A stretch of DNA of 64,000 nucleotides from a virus: the IMG/VR virus record IMGVR_UViG_3300042908_001045, positions 1 to 64,000 of that record. One strand, 5' to 3'. Below the pieces are notes generated by a model. That model had not been told where the DNA came from, did not search any database, and saw only the letters and a list, made by a program, of their open reading frames with translations. The position numbers and the translations under genes were made by a program. This document shows, piece after piece, positions 16,098 through 26,050 of this stretch. Positions within the stretch are counted from its first letter, which is position 1; each line of letters opens with the position of its first letter.

Positions 16098-16544
16098 CTA
16101 ATAAATTTCTTCAAACAACTTTATACTAGACTCTCTGTCTAATACAATAGTTTTTACGCAAAGTTTTAAGAATTTGCGTTGCCTATCTATTGATAGGTTG
16201 TTAAATTTTACTCCATTCAAGGAGTTTATTCTAGACAACTTTGTCAAGGTCAATTTACCTAAAACAAAGTTGTTTAGAGTGGTAACAAAATCAATACTAG
16301 AATTTAAGTCTAGTACCTTTTTAGTATTGATTTCCTTTAGCATAAATATTGCCTGTATAGGCACACCCAGAAACATGCTTTCAATGGATTGAGATTGTTT
16401 TAGAACATCCCATCTCCATTTAGTTGAATCGTAAAATGTAATTTCTTTGTTCTTAATTCCATAAACTAAACTCTCTACAGTATATTCCGTAGTATTATAA
16501 AGAGCTTGCCTGGCTTTAATCTTGATTTCTTCTTCTATTTCCAT
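16098..16544 (-). CDS. degenerate DUF262 (GmrS-like) domain protein
   Basis: YNTTEYTVESLV, W...QS.SIES.FLGVPI..IF, LNG.KF.NL...QRKF; YQR and DGxQR motifs missing. Confidence 0.65.
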   Translation of the reverse strand: MEIEEEIKIKARQALYNTTEYTVESLVYGIKNKEITFYDSTKWRWDVLKQSQSIESMFLGVPIQAIFMLKEINTKKVLDLNSSIDFVTTLNNFVLGKLTLTKLSRINSLNGVKFNNLSIDRQRKFLKLCVKTIVLDRESSIKLFEEIY

Positions 16545-16685
16545 GTTTATTTATGTAAATGCTCATATTAAAATATCACATTTTCACTGTTTTGTCAATA
16601 TATATCTAAAATAAATTTTACTTTACAATCCACCAAATTAAGTATCACTTGAGTTACAGTAAGAAAACCGTTTACCAGAAAAAAT

Positions 16686-19600
16686 ATGTTTAACGCAGCT
16701 ACCGCTAATCCAGTATTTTACAGAACATATTCTCGCCATACAGAGTATGGACGCGAATCATGGGAACAAGTTTGTTCTAGAACGTTAAAAGCGTTGGAAA
16801 AACTAGGTAAATTAAACACAGAAGAAATTGCATTAATTACTAAAATGCAAAGCAGTATGAAATCATTACCTAGTGGTAGATGGCTTTGGGTTGGCGGCAC
16901 AAAATGGCTGGAAAAGCCAGCTAACTACTCTGGAGCCTATAACTGCACGTCAACTAACTTAACCAGCTGGAACGCCTTTGCTTTAATGATGGATCTAGCT
17001 ATGATGGGCTGCGGAACAGGAGCAGTCATTGAGGAAAAATACTTTAGCAGATTACCGAAAATTACTAACAGTATTAACATCGATGTTTTTGGTGAACCAG
17101 GAGATGTATCACCAGAAGAAAGACAAGAAGAAACGTCCTGGACTGCCGCAGGTAACGGAAAATTTGTTATGTATGTTGGTGACAGTCGCAACGGATGGGT
17201 TGAAGCATATAAATTATTACTGGAAGCGGCTTCTAATACTATGTATCAAGGAGAGATAAGCATAAGTGTTTGTTTATCTCATGTTCGTCCAAATGGTGAA
17301 CCACTAAAATCATTTGGTGGAGTTGCTAACCCTGTTAAAATTAAAGACCTATTTGTGCGTTGCTCTGCAATACTTAATAAAGCAGTTGGTAGGCAGCTGT
17401 CATCCATAGAATGTTGTTTGCTAATTGATGAAGCAGCAAGCACTATAGTGGCTGGAAATATTAGGCGGTGTTTACCTGGCAATGCGTTAGTGCATACAGA
17501 GTCAGGCTTAGTACCTATCGCTAAGATAAGAATAGGAGATCGTGTTCTTACCAGCAAAGGATTTTACCCTGTAACTAACTTCTTTGATCAAGGTGAGCAA
17601 TCTCTTTGCAGAATCAAAACTCAAGACGGTAGTTTTGAGTGTACAGCAGAACACAAGATTGCTGTGTTAACAGATGTCTATGGCAACTACAAAATGGTTA
17701 AAGCCAAAGACTTGAAGCAAGGTGATAGATTGATACGTGTTCTAGAAGCCACAGAATTAATACCAGTTAAATTTGTGGACATTGAGTTTGATGTACGAAC
17801 TGCTCCCACTTACGACATAGAAGTTGCCACTGTGCATGAATTTGTGTGCGAAGGCATCTTAGTTTCAAATAGCGCCGGCATGCGCCAGTTCACTTCTAGT
17901 GATAACGTAGCTGCTAACGCTAAAGCAAATCTATGGGAGCAAACACCAACTGGAGAGTGGAGAATAGATCCAGAGAAAGATGCTTTGCGCATGGCAAATC
18001 ACACCAGAGTTTTTCACCAAAAGCCTACTTATAAGGAGGTGTTTGATTCAGTAACAAGTCAATATTGGAGTGGTGAAGGAGCAATTCAATGGGCTGGTGA
18101 AGCTGTCGCCAGAGCAAATGCAGATTTATTGATTACCCAAAAGTTAAAAGCAGAGTTCTTGAATGCTTATGAGAATGGTGGAGCCAAGGAATGGATAAGA
18201 AAAAATTATCCAAGCATGCCACATGCGGAGATAGAACATAGAGTAAGTACATATGGATTAAATCCGTGTGTTACTGCTGATACATGGATTCACACAGAAA
18301 AAGGAGCGAGGCAAGTTAAAGACTTGATAGGCAAACAAACCAGTGTTTACGTTGATGGAGAATTATTTAGCACCACACCCGAAGGTTTTTGGCTAACAGG
18401 AATCAAGCCTGTGCTAAAAGTGATTACTCAAGAAGGATATGAGTTGCGTTTAACTGACAATCATCAGCTACTCAAAGTTACTGCCCAGACTCAACGTAAA
18501 CAATATTCTGAGTGGACTGAAGCTAAAGATTTAAGTCCAGGACATTATATTTCAGTCCATAACCATCGTGAAGCACAGCATTGGGACAGTTTTGGAACTT
18601 TTGACGAAGGCTGGTTAATTGGCAATTTAATTGGCAATGGCAGCATCTCGTCAACACAGTGGGGGAAAACAGCACTTTTGCGATACTGGGAAGATTCTCA
18701 AGATGAGATGGGAAGACATGCTGTTGCTCTACTTGAAAAAACTGTTGATTATGCTGGAACTACAGAATCTGGACATTACTATGAACAGCAGAATTATCGA
18801 GTAGTCCAATCAACAGGATTAGCTAGATTAGCTGCTAGTTATGACGTTACGCTAGAGAACAAAATGCCAACAGGTAAAATCGAAGAAGCAAGTTATGAAT
18901 TTTACCGTGGTTTTTTACGTGGCTTATTTGATGCTGATGGGAGCGTGCAAGGAAATCAACAAAAAGGCATTAGCATCAGATTGTCACAAAGCAATCTAGA
19001 GACTTTGAAAATAGTCCAAAGAATGCTGGCGAGATTAGGTATTATCTCAACAATTTATCAAAAAGCACAACATGAACTTGTTATCAGTAATGATAATATC
19101 TGTGTCTTTCAAAACATTATTGGATTCCAAAAACCTGACAAAGCTAATCGCTTGAATGAATTAATTACCAGATATGAGCCAAAATTAAATCGTGAGCGAT
19201 TTGTAGTTAAAATCAAAGAGATTATACCCGATGGAGTAGAAGCAGTTTTTGACTGTACTGTTCCGGGAGTTTCTCGATTTGATGGTAATGGAATTGTCGC
19301 CCATAATTGTGGTGAAATTATTGGTAGCAATTTCCATTGTGTTAGTGGTGACACGCTACTAATTACCAAAGATGGATTACACGCAATCAAAGATGTTGTA
19401 GGATGCGATGTTGAGATTTGGAATGGTAGGAATTGGAGTCAAGTACAGCCATTTAAAACTGGCAGTTCTCGCGTTCTTTATCGTGTACGATTTGCGGATG
19501 GTACGTATTTAGATGCTACCGAATATCATAGATTCTTTGTTAAGGATAGGTTTGGCAAAGAATACAAAGAAGTACAGACAAAAGACTTAATGGATGCAAG

Positions 19601-22487
19601 TAAGTATCGTATTCACACCAAGCCATTTACTATTCAGTATGATGATGGATTGGATATTGATACTAATTATGCTTATGTCTTGGGGGTAGCCGTAGGAGAT
19701 GGCACCACAGACAAAGACGACAACGCAAAAATAAGATTGTATGGCAAAAAAATTGCCTTGTCTGTGGCAGGTAATAAGTCTCCCATTAGGGAATATGAAT
19801 ACGTTACAAACTTCACTGATGTTACAAATTTAAGCTTTTCTGGGGAATTTCTGAAGAGTCTCAAAACCAAACCAGAAGCATTAAACATCATAGCAAGTTG
19901 GAATCGTGAAGCAATTTTGCATTTTATTGCTGGTTTAGCAGATACAGATGGAACAAATAGTAGTGGCAATGGTATTAGAATCTACATCTCTGATTATGAC
20001 AGAGCGTATAGAATACAATTGTTGCTAATTAAGTGTGGCATTCGCTCTTCTGTCAATCTTTGTGCTTATAAAGGAGCAGTTACAAACTATGGAGTTAGAA
20101 GTAAAGATTTGTACTGTGTACAAGTAACTGATTGTAGTAAAATCCCTTGTCAGCGATTAGACGTAAGCCAAGGTAGAGTACCTAAATTTAAAGGTAAATG
20201 GCAAGTTATCAGGAGTGTGGAGCAATTACCGGGATTGCATGACACTTACTGTTTTAATGAACCACAATATCATGAAGGTGTATTTGGAAACACATTGACT
20301 GGGAATTGTAATTTGTCAGAAATACACTTGAATCAGCTCAATCCTACTGACTATAAAGAACAAGAAGATGCTTTTAAAGCAGCTTCACTCTCAGTAGCTG
20401 CATTGCTTCACCATAGATTCACCGAGCCTATTTATCAAGAATCTAGAGAGTTAGATCCTATTGTTGGTGTTTCCTTCACCGGATTATTTGACTTTTTTGT
20501 TCATGCTTTTGGAGCAGAATGGCTTCACTGGTGGCAACAAGAGAGAGAAGACAATGAGCAAGGCAGGATATTTAAACAAAAAGAACAAGAGTATTTATCT
20601 AGATGGAAAGACATAGTACATCAAACTGTTTGGGAATATTGCGATAAACACAATCTCAAACGTCCTAATCGTTGTACTACTGTTCAGCCCAGTGGGTGTT
20701 TAGATCGCACTGCATTAAGAATTTTTGATCAAGGCTTACTTTATGCGGATGAATTGATAGCACCTGGCAGTGGTGAAACTACTAATTTGAAACTAAGTGT
20801 TCGTGAAGGAGTGTCTGTTACCACAGGAATTGCTAATCAACCATTGCAATTGATTAAAGTCACATTACAGAATGGACGTATTTTACGTATGACTCCAAAC
20901 CATCGTCTTTCTATTGATGGAAACTGGATTTATGCGTCTGACATGACTCCTGGAATGAAGATTGATTTTAGTCTTGGGGAATATCAAAACACCCAAGAAA
21001 CTCCATTACTTGATATAGATCAATTTAGCTATACAAGAGAAGCGAGGCAATTAGAAGCTGGACATAATCGTGGCATCACAGCAACTATCATTAAAATGCC
21101 TAAAACAATGTCGCCTGACTTAGCTTATTTTATTGGAGCATTGTTTGGGAATGGATGTTTAAGTATATCCGGACATCGTATTAGGTTTTCTAGTAATAGT
21201 TATAAATTACTAGAAAGACTACAACAAATAGCACAAAATCTGTTTGTTGTAGATGGGAAAATCAATAAATACTCTGACAGAGCAGCCTATGAACTAAGCA
21301 TTTCTAGTGTTCAGCTTTATAATTGGTTGCAATTGACTGGAATAGCTAAAACGGAAAAAAGTTTAAATCTTGACAGAATACCATTAGCTATTCGTTGTTC
21401 CTCCAAACAAAGCATTTTATCGTTTTTCTGTGGATTAATTGACACTGATGGATGTATTAGGTCTAACGGTTCAATGTCGATTGATAGCGCCAGTGAAGAT
21501 TTCATTAGAAATCTTCAGCAAATTGGTGAAGCTGTGGGATTATGCTTTTCTATATTCCATAACACTCAAGGAAAGAACAACCAAGCACAGAAAAGTATGT
21601 GGGGTTTATGTTTAAGCCGCATGTTATCCAAACCTGATGCTTTAGATTATTTAAACAAGAATAGTCAAAAAGCTGAGATTCGTCCTATTCCTTCACTCAA
21701 GAGAAACTATAAGTTTGATCCATATCTCATTGAATCTGTGGAATGGGAAGAAACTCCTGATTATAGCTACGACTTTGCAGTTCAGGGAGAGGACGACAAT
21801 GATTCATGGTATTGGCAAGGAGCGATTAAATCACACAACACAAAGTCTTTGTTAACTGGCGCTTCTCCTGGTTGGCATCCTCCCAAAGCACAACAATTTA
21901 TCCGTCGGATTACTTTCCGTAAAAATGATCCAGTAGCATTGGCATGTATAGACTTTGGCTATAGTGTAGTTCCATCACAATCAGATAAAGATGAAAATGG
22001 TAACTTATTAGACAACCCATTTGATGAACGTTGTACAGAATGGTTAGTGGAAATACCAGTAGCTGTATCTTGGGCAAATCTACCAGGAGTTGATGTTGAT
22101 ATTTCCAAATTCTCCGTGTTGGCACAGTTTGATTTTTATATGCAAGTGCAGAAGTATTACACAACTCACAATACTTCAGCCACACTTGAACTACGCCAGA
22201 ACGAAATTGGTGCTTTAAGTAGAGCTATATATGACTCAATCGAAAACAATGACGGGTATATTTCTGCTGCTATTCTTAGCCGTTTTGACGATTTCCAGTC
22301 TTATCCTAGATTGCCTTTTGAGCCTATTAGCAAGGACAAATACTTGCAGTTAGTAAAAGAGGTAAATCAAAGAAAAACTAATGACGATTTCTTAAATGCT
22401 TTACACAAGTATGATAATGGATTTGATGACCAATCAGGACCTGCTCCATGTGATTCAGATAAATGTCTTTTACCGGAGTCAAAGTGA
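16686..22487 (+). CDS. nrdJ: class II (B12-dependent) ribonucleotide reductase with four inteins
   Basis: ANPVFYRTYSR, AYNC, NP/CGEI, CNLSE, TTVQPSG/TKS, C-terminal CDSDKC. Confidence 0.95.
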   Translation: MFNAATANPVFYRTYSRHTEYGRESWEQVCSRTLKALEKLGKLNTEEIALITKMQSSMKSLPSGRWLWVGGTKWLEKPANYSGAYNCTSTNLTSWNAFALMMDLAMMGCGTGAVIEEKYFSRLPKITNSINIDVFGEPGDVSPEERQEETSWTAAGNGKFVMYVGDSRNGWVEAYKLLLEAASNTMYQGEISISVCLSHVRPNGEPLKSFGGVANPVKIKDLFVRCSAILNKAVGRQLSSIECCLLIDEAASTIVAGNIRRCLPGNALVHTESGLVPIAKIRIGDRVLTSKGFYPVTNFFDQGEQSLCRIKTQDGSFECTAEHKIAVLTDVYGNYKMVKAKDLKQGDRLIRVLEATELIPVKFVDIEFDVRTAPTYDIEVATVHEFVCEGILVSNSAGMRQFTSSDNVAANAKANLWEQTPTGEWRIDPEKDALRMANHTRVFHQKPTYKEVFDSVTSQYWSGEGAIQWAGEAVARANADLLITQKLKAEFLNAYENGGAKEWIRKNYPSMPHAEIEHRVSTYGLNPCVTADTWIHTEKGARQVKDLIGKQTSVYVDGELFSTTPEGFWLTGIKPVLKVITQEGYELRLTDNHQLLKVTAQTQRKQYSEWTEAKDLSPGHYISVHNHREAQHWDSFGTFDEGWLIGNLIGNGSISSTQWGKTALLRYWEDSQDEMGRHAVALLEKTVDYAGTTESGHYYEQQNYRVVQSTGLARLAASYDVTLENKMPTGKIEEASYEFYRGFLRGLFDADGSVQGNQQKGISIRLSQSNLETLKIVQRMLARLGIISTIYQKAQHELVISNDNICVFQNIIGFQKPDKANRLNELITRYEPKLNRERFVVKIKEIIPDGVEAVFDCTVPGVSRFDGNGIVAHNCGEIIGSNFHCVSGDTLLITKDGLHAIKDVVGCDVEIWNGRNWSQVQPFKTGSSRVLYRVRFADGTYLDATEYHRFFVKDRFGKEYKEVQTKDLMDASKYRIHTKPFTIQYDDGLDIDTNYAYVLGVAVGDGTTDKDDNAKIRLYGKKIALSVAGNKSPIREYEYVTNFTDVTNLSFSGEFLKSLKTKPEALNIIASWNREAILHFIAGLADTDGTNSSGNGIRIYISDYDRAYRIQLLLIKCGIRSSVNLCAYKGAVTNYGVRSKDLYCVQVTDCSKIPCQRLDVSQGRVPKFKGKWQVIRSVEQLPGLHDTYCFNEPQYHEGVFGNTLTGNCNLSEIHLNQLNPTDYKEQEDAFKAASLSVAALLHHRFTEPIYQESRELDPIVGVSFTGLFDFFVHAFGAEWLHWWQQEREDNEQGRIFKQKEQEYLSRWKDIVHQTVWEYCDKHNLKRPNRCTTVQPSGCLDRTALRIFDQGLLYADELIAPGSGETTNLKLSVREGVSVTTGIANQPLQLIKVTLQNGRILRMTPNHRLSIDGNWIYASDMTPGMKIDFSLGEYQNTQETPLLDIDQFSYTREARQLEAGHNRGITATIIKMPKTMSPDLAYFIGALFGNGCLSISGHRIRFSSNSYKLLERLQQIAQNLFVVDGKINKYSDRAAYELSISSVQLYNWLQLTGIAKTEKSLNLDRIPLAIRCSSKQSILSFFCGLIDTDGCIRSNGSMSIDSASEDFIRNLQQIGEAVGLCFSIFHNTQGKNNQAQKSMWGLCLSRMLSKPDALDYLNKNSQKAEIRPIPSLKRNYKFDPYLIESVEWEETPDYSYDFAVQGEDDNDSWYWQGAIKSHNTKSLLTGASPGWHPPKAQQFIRRITFRKNDPVALACIDFGYSVVPSQSDKDENGNLLDNPFDERCTEWLVEIPVAVSWANLPGVDVDISKFSVLAQFDFYMQVQKYYTTHNTSATLELRQNEIGALSRAIYDSIENNDGYISAAILSRFDDFQSYPRLPFEPISKDKYLQLVKEVNQRKTNDDFLNALHKYDNGFDDQSGPAPCDSDKCLLPESK
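17469..17870 (+). mobile_element. intein 1 (134-aa mini-intein)
   Basis: RR|CLPG...ILVSN|SAG; no endonuclease domain. Confidence 0.85.
18267..19307 (+). mobile_element. intein 2 (347 aa, LAGLIDADG)
   Basis: NP|CVTAD...FLRGLFDADGS...VAHN|CGE. Confidence 0.9.
19338..20306 (+). mobile_element. intein 3 (323 aa, LAGLIDADG)
   Basis: FH|CVSGD...FIAGLADTDG...LTGN|CNL. Confidence 0.9.
20697..21839 (+). mobile_element. intein 4 (381 aa, LAGLIDADG)
   Basis: PSG|CLDR...FFCGLIDTDG...KSHN|TKS. Confidence 0.9.
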
Positions 22488-23029
22488 AAAATAACAGCAG
22501 ACAATTAGCAGCTTTGGCGGCTCATAATGGAGACCACAAAACTGCTATTAAACATTATTCCGAAGCACTTGTTATTGAGAAAAGTGCTTCTTTATTCCGT
22601 CAAAGAGCAAAGTCTTATATTGCTTTAAAGAAGTTAGATAATGCAATCAAAGATTATACTTCAGCTATTAACATTGAAGTAGATAATTCAGAATGCTATT
22701 GTGAAAGAGCGGAGGCTTTTATTAAAAAAACTGATTACAAAGCTGGGTTAGCTGATTGCAACGACGCTTTGGAGGTCAATCCTAGTTCTCCAACCGCTTT
22801 GCTTCTTAAAGGAATAATATTAGCTAAACTAGGTGATATCAATGCTGGCATAAACTCCATTAACAGTTGCTTAAAAATTAACAAATGGTATGCCAGAGCG
22901 TATTACGAAAGAGCAATATTAATGGAATCAATTGACAAAGAAAAAGCTAAACTTGATTACTACCAGGCAGCGCATATAGGATATCTAGATGCCCTTGAAA
23001 AGTATCGAAAATTAGCAAAAATTACGTAA
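22484..23029 (+). CDS. TPR repeat protein
   Basis: Several TPR units; GTG start overlapping nrdJ stop (the ORF track starts it at 22463). Confidence 0.85.
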   Translation: MKNNSRQLAALAAHNGDHKTAIKHYSEALVIEKSASLFRQRAKSYIALKKLDNAIKDYTSAINIEVDNSECYCERAEAFIKKTDYKAGLADCNDALEVNPSSPTALLLKGIILAKLGDINAGINSINSCLKINKWYARAYYERAILMESIDKEKAKLDYYQAAHIGYLDALEKYRKLAKIT

Positions 23030-23071
23030 CTTTATTTATGTTGTCTTTTAAAATTATAATAAAATAAAATT

Positions 23072-23770
23072 ATGATATTAAGAGACAACAAAATGAATGT
23101 ATTAATAGTAGACACAGAGACTACAGGGCTAGAAGAGTCTAGTCTTGTTATAGAGGTAGCAGCTATTTTATATAGCGTTAAGACTAAGTCTATACTTAGT
23201 CAAGTCAGTTCTTTGATAAATTGGGAGAACGCTGATAATCCAGCAAAAGGGATTAACAAAATTAGCACAGAAATGCTTAGAGAAGGTGCTGCTCAAGAAT
23301 TGGCTTTAGAAATGATTTATCAAATGTCTCAAAACGTACAGTATATCTTAGGGCATAATATTGAATTTGATAAAAAACAACTGCATAAAATCATTGGTAC
23401 TGGATTTGGGAAAAACAACACTTGGGTAGATACTCAAGATATTACTTATCCTAATTCTGAGTATTGCAAATCCACTGCATTGGCTAATTTAGCTTATGCT
23501 CATAGTATTCCAGTTATTGATTGTCATAGAGCGCTAGATGACTGCCGGACTCTAGTTAGATTACTCACTGTAGTACCAGAATTAGAAGCAGAAATCATTA
23601 AAGCAGCACGCCCTAAGTTTCTTTACCGTAGTTTAGAGCCAAAGCCAGGCACATTAAGCAAGCAAGCTGGATTTAGATGGAATACTTTAATTCAAAACGC
23701 TTGGGCTAAGAAAATGTCAGCAGAAGATGCTACTAAACTGCCATTTGAAACAGTTTTAATACAAGAATGA
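23072..23770 (+). CDS. DEDDh 3'-5' exonuclease (DnaQ-like)
   Basis: VDTETTGL, GHNIEFD, HRALDD. Confidence 0.9.
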   Translation: MILRDNKMNVLIVDTETTGLEESSLVIEVAAILYSVKTKSILSQVSSLINWENADNPAKGINKISTEMLREGAAQELALEMIYQMSQNVQYILGHNIEFDKKQLHKIIGTGFGKNNTWVDTQDITYPNSEYCKSTALANLAYAHSIPVIDCHRALDDCRTLVRLLTVVPELEAEIIKAARPKFLYRSLEPKPGTLSKQAGFRWNTLIQNAWAKKMSAEDATKLPFETVLIQE

Positions 23771-23780
23771 AAACAAATAA

Positions 23781-23823
23781 TTTTCAGAAATCACTTGACA
23801 CGCTATTGTCAATGGATTATACT
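23781..23823 (+). promoter_or_regulatory. early promoter TTGACA-17-TATACT
   Basis: TTGACA 23795-23800, part of palindrome TTGACA-cgctat-TGTCAA. Confidence 0.7.
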
Positions 23824-23848
23824 GAATTTGTACTTTTAAGGTAAGAAA

Positions 23849-24070
23849 GTGTACTATTTTGCAAAAGTAGAAAGAATCAAAGGCAAATGCCATTTAACTG
23901 ACTCTAACTACAGTATCAGTCAAGATGCTGCGTTAGCGGTGTTGAGTTTAGGATTAGTTGGAGCTATTCCAGATGCTGTTGTGTTTAGAGAAATACTTGA
24001 TGCTGACACCATCAAGTATCGTGTAGAGGCTCCTCAAGAAGAATGGGATAAATGGAGGGAAGATAAATGA
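23849..24070 (+). CDS. hypothetical protein (paralog of N-terminus of 25307..25861)
   Basis: Sequence similarity by eye. Confidence 0.55.
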   Translation: MYYFAKVERIKGKCHLTDSNYSISQDAALAVLSLGLVGAIPDAVVFREILDADTIKYRVEAPQEEWDKWREDK

Positions 24071-24492
24071 ATTACGTTGTTAATTATGATGATCCATACC
24101 TTAAAAATTGGCTAAATGCTAATCCTGATGTGTGGGAACAATTCATAAAGAAACACAAAAATGGAAAGTTTTTCATAGCGCTCAAAGACAGATTTGATGC
24201 GTGTGTTTTTTATGAAACTAAAGATCATTGGGGAGAATTTATCTATGGAGTCCAACTTCATCCTCCTTTAGAGAAAGAAGAATTTGGTTTTCTAGATATT
24301 GAACAAATAGAAAATCGTTTCCACTGTCATTGCTTAATGCTTATAGGGAAAGCAGCAGATCCTGTTTCCAAAGAGCAACAAAGGCAGGAATACATCTCTT
24401 ACATAGAGTTGTACGGAGTTGAAAAACTCGTACAAGTGGTTGGAGAAAGCAAAGCTAAAGAAGTCTTAGGAGATTATGCAATTTATTGCTGA
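24067..24492 (+). CDS. hypothetical protein
   Basis: WLNANPDVWEQFIK motif shared with the next gene. Confidence 0.65.
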   Translation: MNYVVNYDDPYLKNWLNANPDVWEQFIKKHKNGKFFIALKDRFDACVFYETKDHWGEFIYGVQLHPPLEKEEFGFLDIEQIENRFHCHCLMLIGKAADPVSKEQQRQEYISYIELYGVEKLVQVVGESKAKEVLGDYAIYC

Positions 24493-24736
24493 CGATGAAA
24501 AAATTCAGGATTGGCTAAACGCTAATCCTGACGTGTGGGAACAATTTATTAAAGAACATCCAGAATATTCTTACACGACTTTTGATAAAGCTATTTTCTT
24601 TACAGAAGAAATGCCAGAAAATAGCGATTATTCAATAGCAACGTTTGTCAAATTTGAGCCAAGAGTCAAATCATCTGATGCATGGTTCTTGTCTGATTGT
24701 TTCTTAGATTTTTGTAAAAGGAGGTGGAATGTTTAA
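24476..24736 (+). CDS. hypothetical protein
   Basis: WLNANPDVWEQFIK motif shared with the previous gene. Confidence 0.65.
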   Translation: MQFIADDEKIQDWLNANPDVWEQFIKEHPEYSYTTFDKAIFFTEEMPENSDYSIATFVKFEPRVKSSDAWFLSDCFLDFCKRRWNV

Positions 24737-25328
24737 AGTAGATTGTTTTGGGACTGAATTAGTCGTTGATATTCTTATGGAAAAGAATCAAATGGCAATA
24801 TTAAATCTTTCTCCATTAGAAGATTATATCTGGGCAAAAATATTTTACGAATTTGGATGGAATGTGCCAGATCCATCCAATATAGCAAAGTCTTGTTTTG
24901 CTTTTTCAATGGATAAAAAAGAAAAAAGTCATGTACTCTTTTTGGAGTACAAAGAGAATTGCCTCAAACATGTTTACAATCAACTACAAAGCAAAATGAA
25001 ACTCTATCTAGAGGACAATCCAAATGAGTTTAGATGGGATTTGCCATACGTCAAAGGAACGTATGACTACCATTATTTTAGATTGCTAGAAACTCCAGTT
25101 AGCATGTATGTTGATGTAAATTACTACAGAGGCTGGGAAACTCAAATATGGTATGAGCTGTTAACCAAAAACAGTAATAAAACAAAAGAACAATTTTTCA
25201 AAGAGGAAAAAGAAAAACTAAAACAGTTTTTTTATAAACTTGCTTCAGACAGGCTAAATATTGACTTGTCTAAATACACATATATTGACAACACAAACAC
25301 TTTGGTATGGACATTATGTACGCAGTAA
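24729..25328 (+). CDS. hypothetical protein
   Basis: 199-aa ORF in operon. Confidence 0.65.
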   Translation: MFKVDCFGTELVVDILMEKNQMAILNLSPLEDYIWAKIFYEFGWNVPDPSNIAKSCFAFSMDKKEKSHVLFLEYKENCLKHVYNQLQSKMKLYLEDNPNEFRWDLPYVKGTYDYHYFRLLETPVSMYVDVNYYRGWETQIWYELLTKNSNKTKEQFFKEEKEKLKQFFYKLASDRLNIDLSKYTYIDNTNTLVWTLCTQ

Positions 25329-25861
25329 TTGATGAAAATAAACAGCTTAAAGAAGCTAGTCCTGGTATTACCAGAGATTTAGCTATGGTTGCTTTAGCTT
25401 TGGCAAAAGCAGGTAAACTCCCAAACGTTTCTTTTAAGAAGCAAAAAAATTTATATTTTATCGAGGCATCTGAAGCTTCGTGGGAAAAAGCAAACCGCAG
25501 GCTTAAACGATTTGATGATTTGACAATTTACTCAATTAAATACCCAGCTTACTTGCTGGGTTTTGCTTTAATTATGCAAAAATATGTTGAAATAACAGCT
25601 AATGGTGAGATAGTAAATGGCACGCTTAAATTAAATGAAATAGCTGCTAAAACACTACTAGAATTAATCAAAAACGAAGGCAACTCCAACTTACACACAG
25701 AGTATGGAGTATTTTCTATATTTCAAACAGCTTTTATTAGACAAGACATCTTGTATACGGAAAACAATAAAATTTGTATGCATGATGCAGTACTAAGCTA
25801 TTTTGTTTTAGCCAATGATAAAACATGGGACAATCTATTAGCAACAGGTGAAAATATATGA
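25307..25861 (+). CDS. hypothetical protein
   Basis: 184-aa ORF in operon. Confidence 0.65.
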   Translation: MDIMYAVIDENKQLKEASPGITRDLAMVALALAKAGKLPNVSFKKQKNLYFIEASEASWEKANRRLKRFDDLTIYSIKYPAYLLGFALIMQKYVEITANGEIVNGTLKLNEIAAKTLLELIKNEGNSNLHTEYGVFSIFQTAFIRQDILYTENNKICMHDAVLSYFVLANDKTWDNLLATGENI

Positions 25862-26050
25862 CCGCACAAGAATACTACCAATTAGGACAAATAATCTCTA
25901 AACGTATAATTGGTAGAAATGGCTAGAAGTTAGCAGACAAGCAAGCAGCTGTTAGAGCCTTTGGGTCCAGTATCTTGTTAGATTTAAATTTGCTGTTGCC
26001 TATTCAGCAATAGGCAACGTCTACTACCCAACCGGAGATTTTATACTAGC

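Noticed and set aside
25995-26018. Perfect hairpin GTTGCCTATT/AATAGGCAAC as a standalone element
   Set aside because: Lies within the TPR pseudogene coding frame; at most an incidental terminator for parA
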